DNA of 64,000 bases from Octopus vulgaris (taxonomy: Eukaryota). Shown in pieces: positions 63,803-64,000 of the stretch. The stretch covers positions 7,378,001 through 7,442,000 of the forward strand of contig OX597826.1 in assembly GCA_951406725.2 (NCBI GenBank), read 5' to 3'. Each line of letters begins with the position of its first letter. The stretch's first letter is position 1. A program made the translations under genes and the position numbers. The notes beneath the pieces were generated by a model. The model worked only from the letters and a program-made list of their open reading frames with translations. It did no database searches and was not told the DNA's origin.

Positions 63803-64000
63803 TATTATTATTATCGCTGGGAATTTCTTTCTGATTTTGCTTTACTTTTATAGTTTTGGTCCTCTGAAACTATTGCTTACCGGATGTATTTAAGGGTCTT
63901 CTAAAGGAGTTTCACCCAGTTTCAATCACGAAATGGGCCTTCCGCCTGTTCCGGAAACTTTCAATATATCCCTTTTCACAACATGGCCAATACTTGTCTA

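Overview
AT-rich, microsatellite-dense eukaryotic DNA. The repeat families look like those I recall from Octopus (coleoid cephalopod), but this is recognition only and unverified. I see no credible host protein-coding exon; almost all long ORFs in the track are artefacts of (TA)n, (CA)n, (GAT)n, (TAA)n or (AGT)n repeats. The window reads as intergenic or intronic and is packed with mobile DNA: dozens of tRNA-derived SINE copies from at least three families (labelled A, B and C here), degenerate RLE-type (R4/Dong-like) LINE fragments, Penelope-like remnants, an internally deleted mariner, several TIR MITEs and a clean non-autonomous Helitron. The main signals are (1) an intact-looking minimal hammerhead ribozyme at 55269-55323 inside a non-coding foldback repeat, with further degenerate hammerhead-like motifs elsewhere, (2) a modular SINE set in which two heads and two tails occur in all four combinations, and (3) SINE-A multimers that restart at one fixed internal junction. 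None is shown to be a new biological system; they are candidates to test. Boundaries of degenerate elements are approximate.
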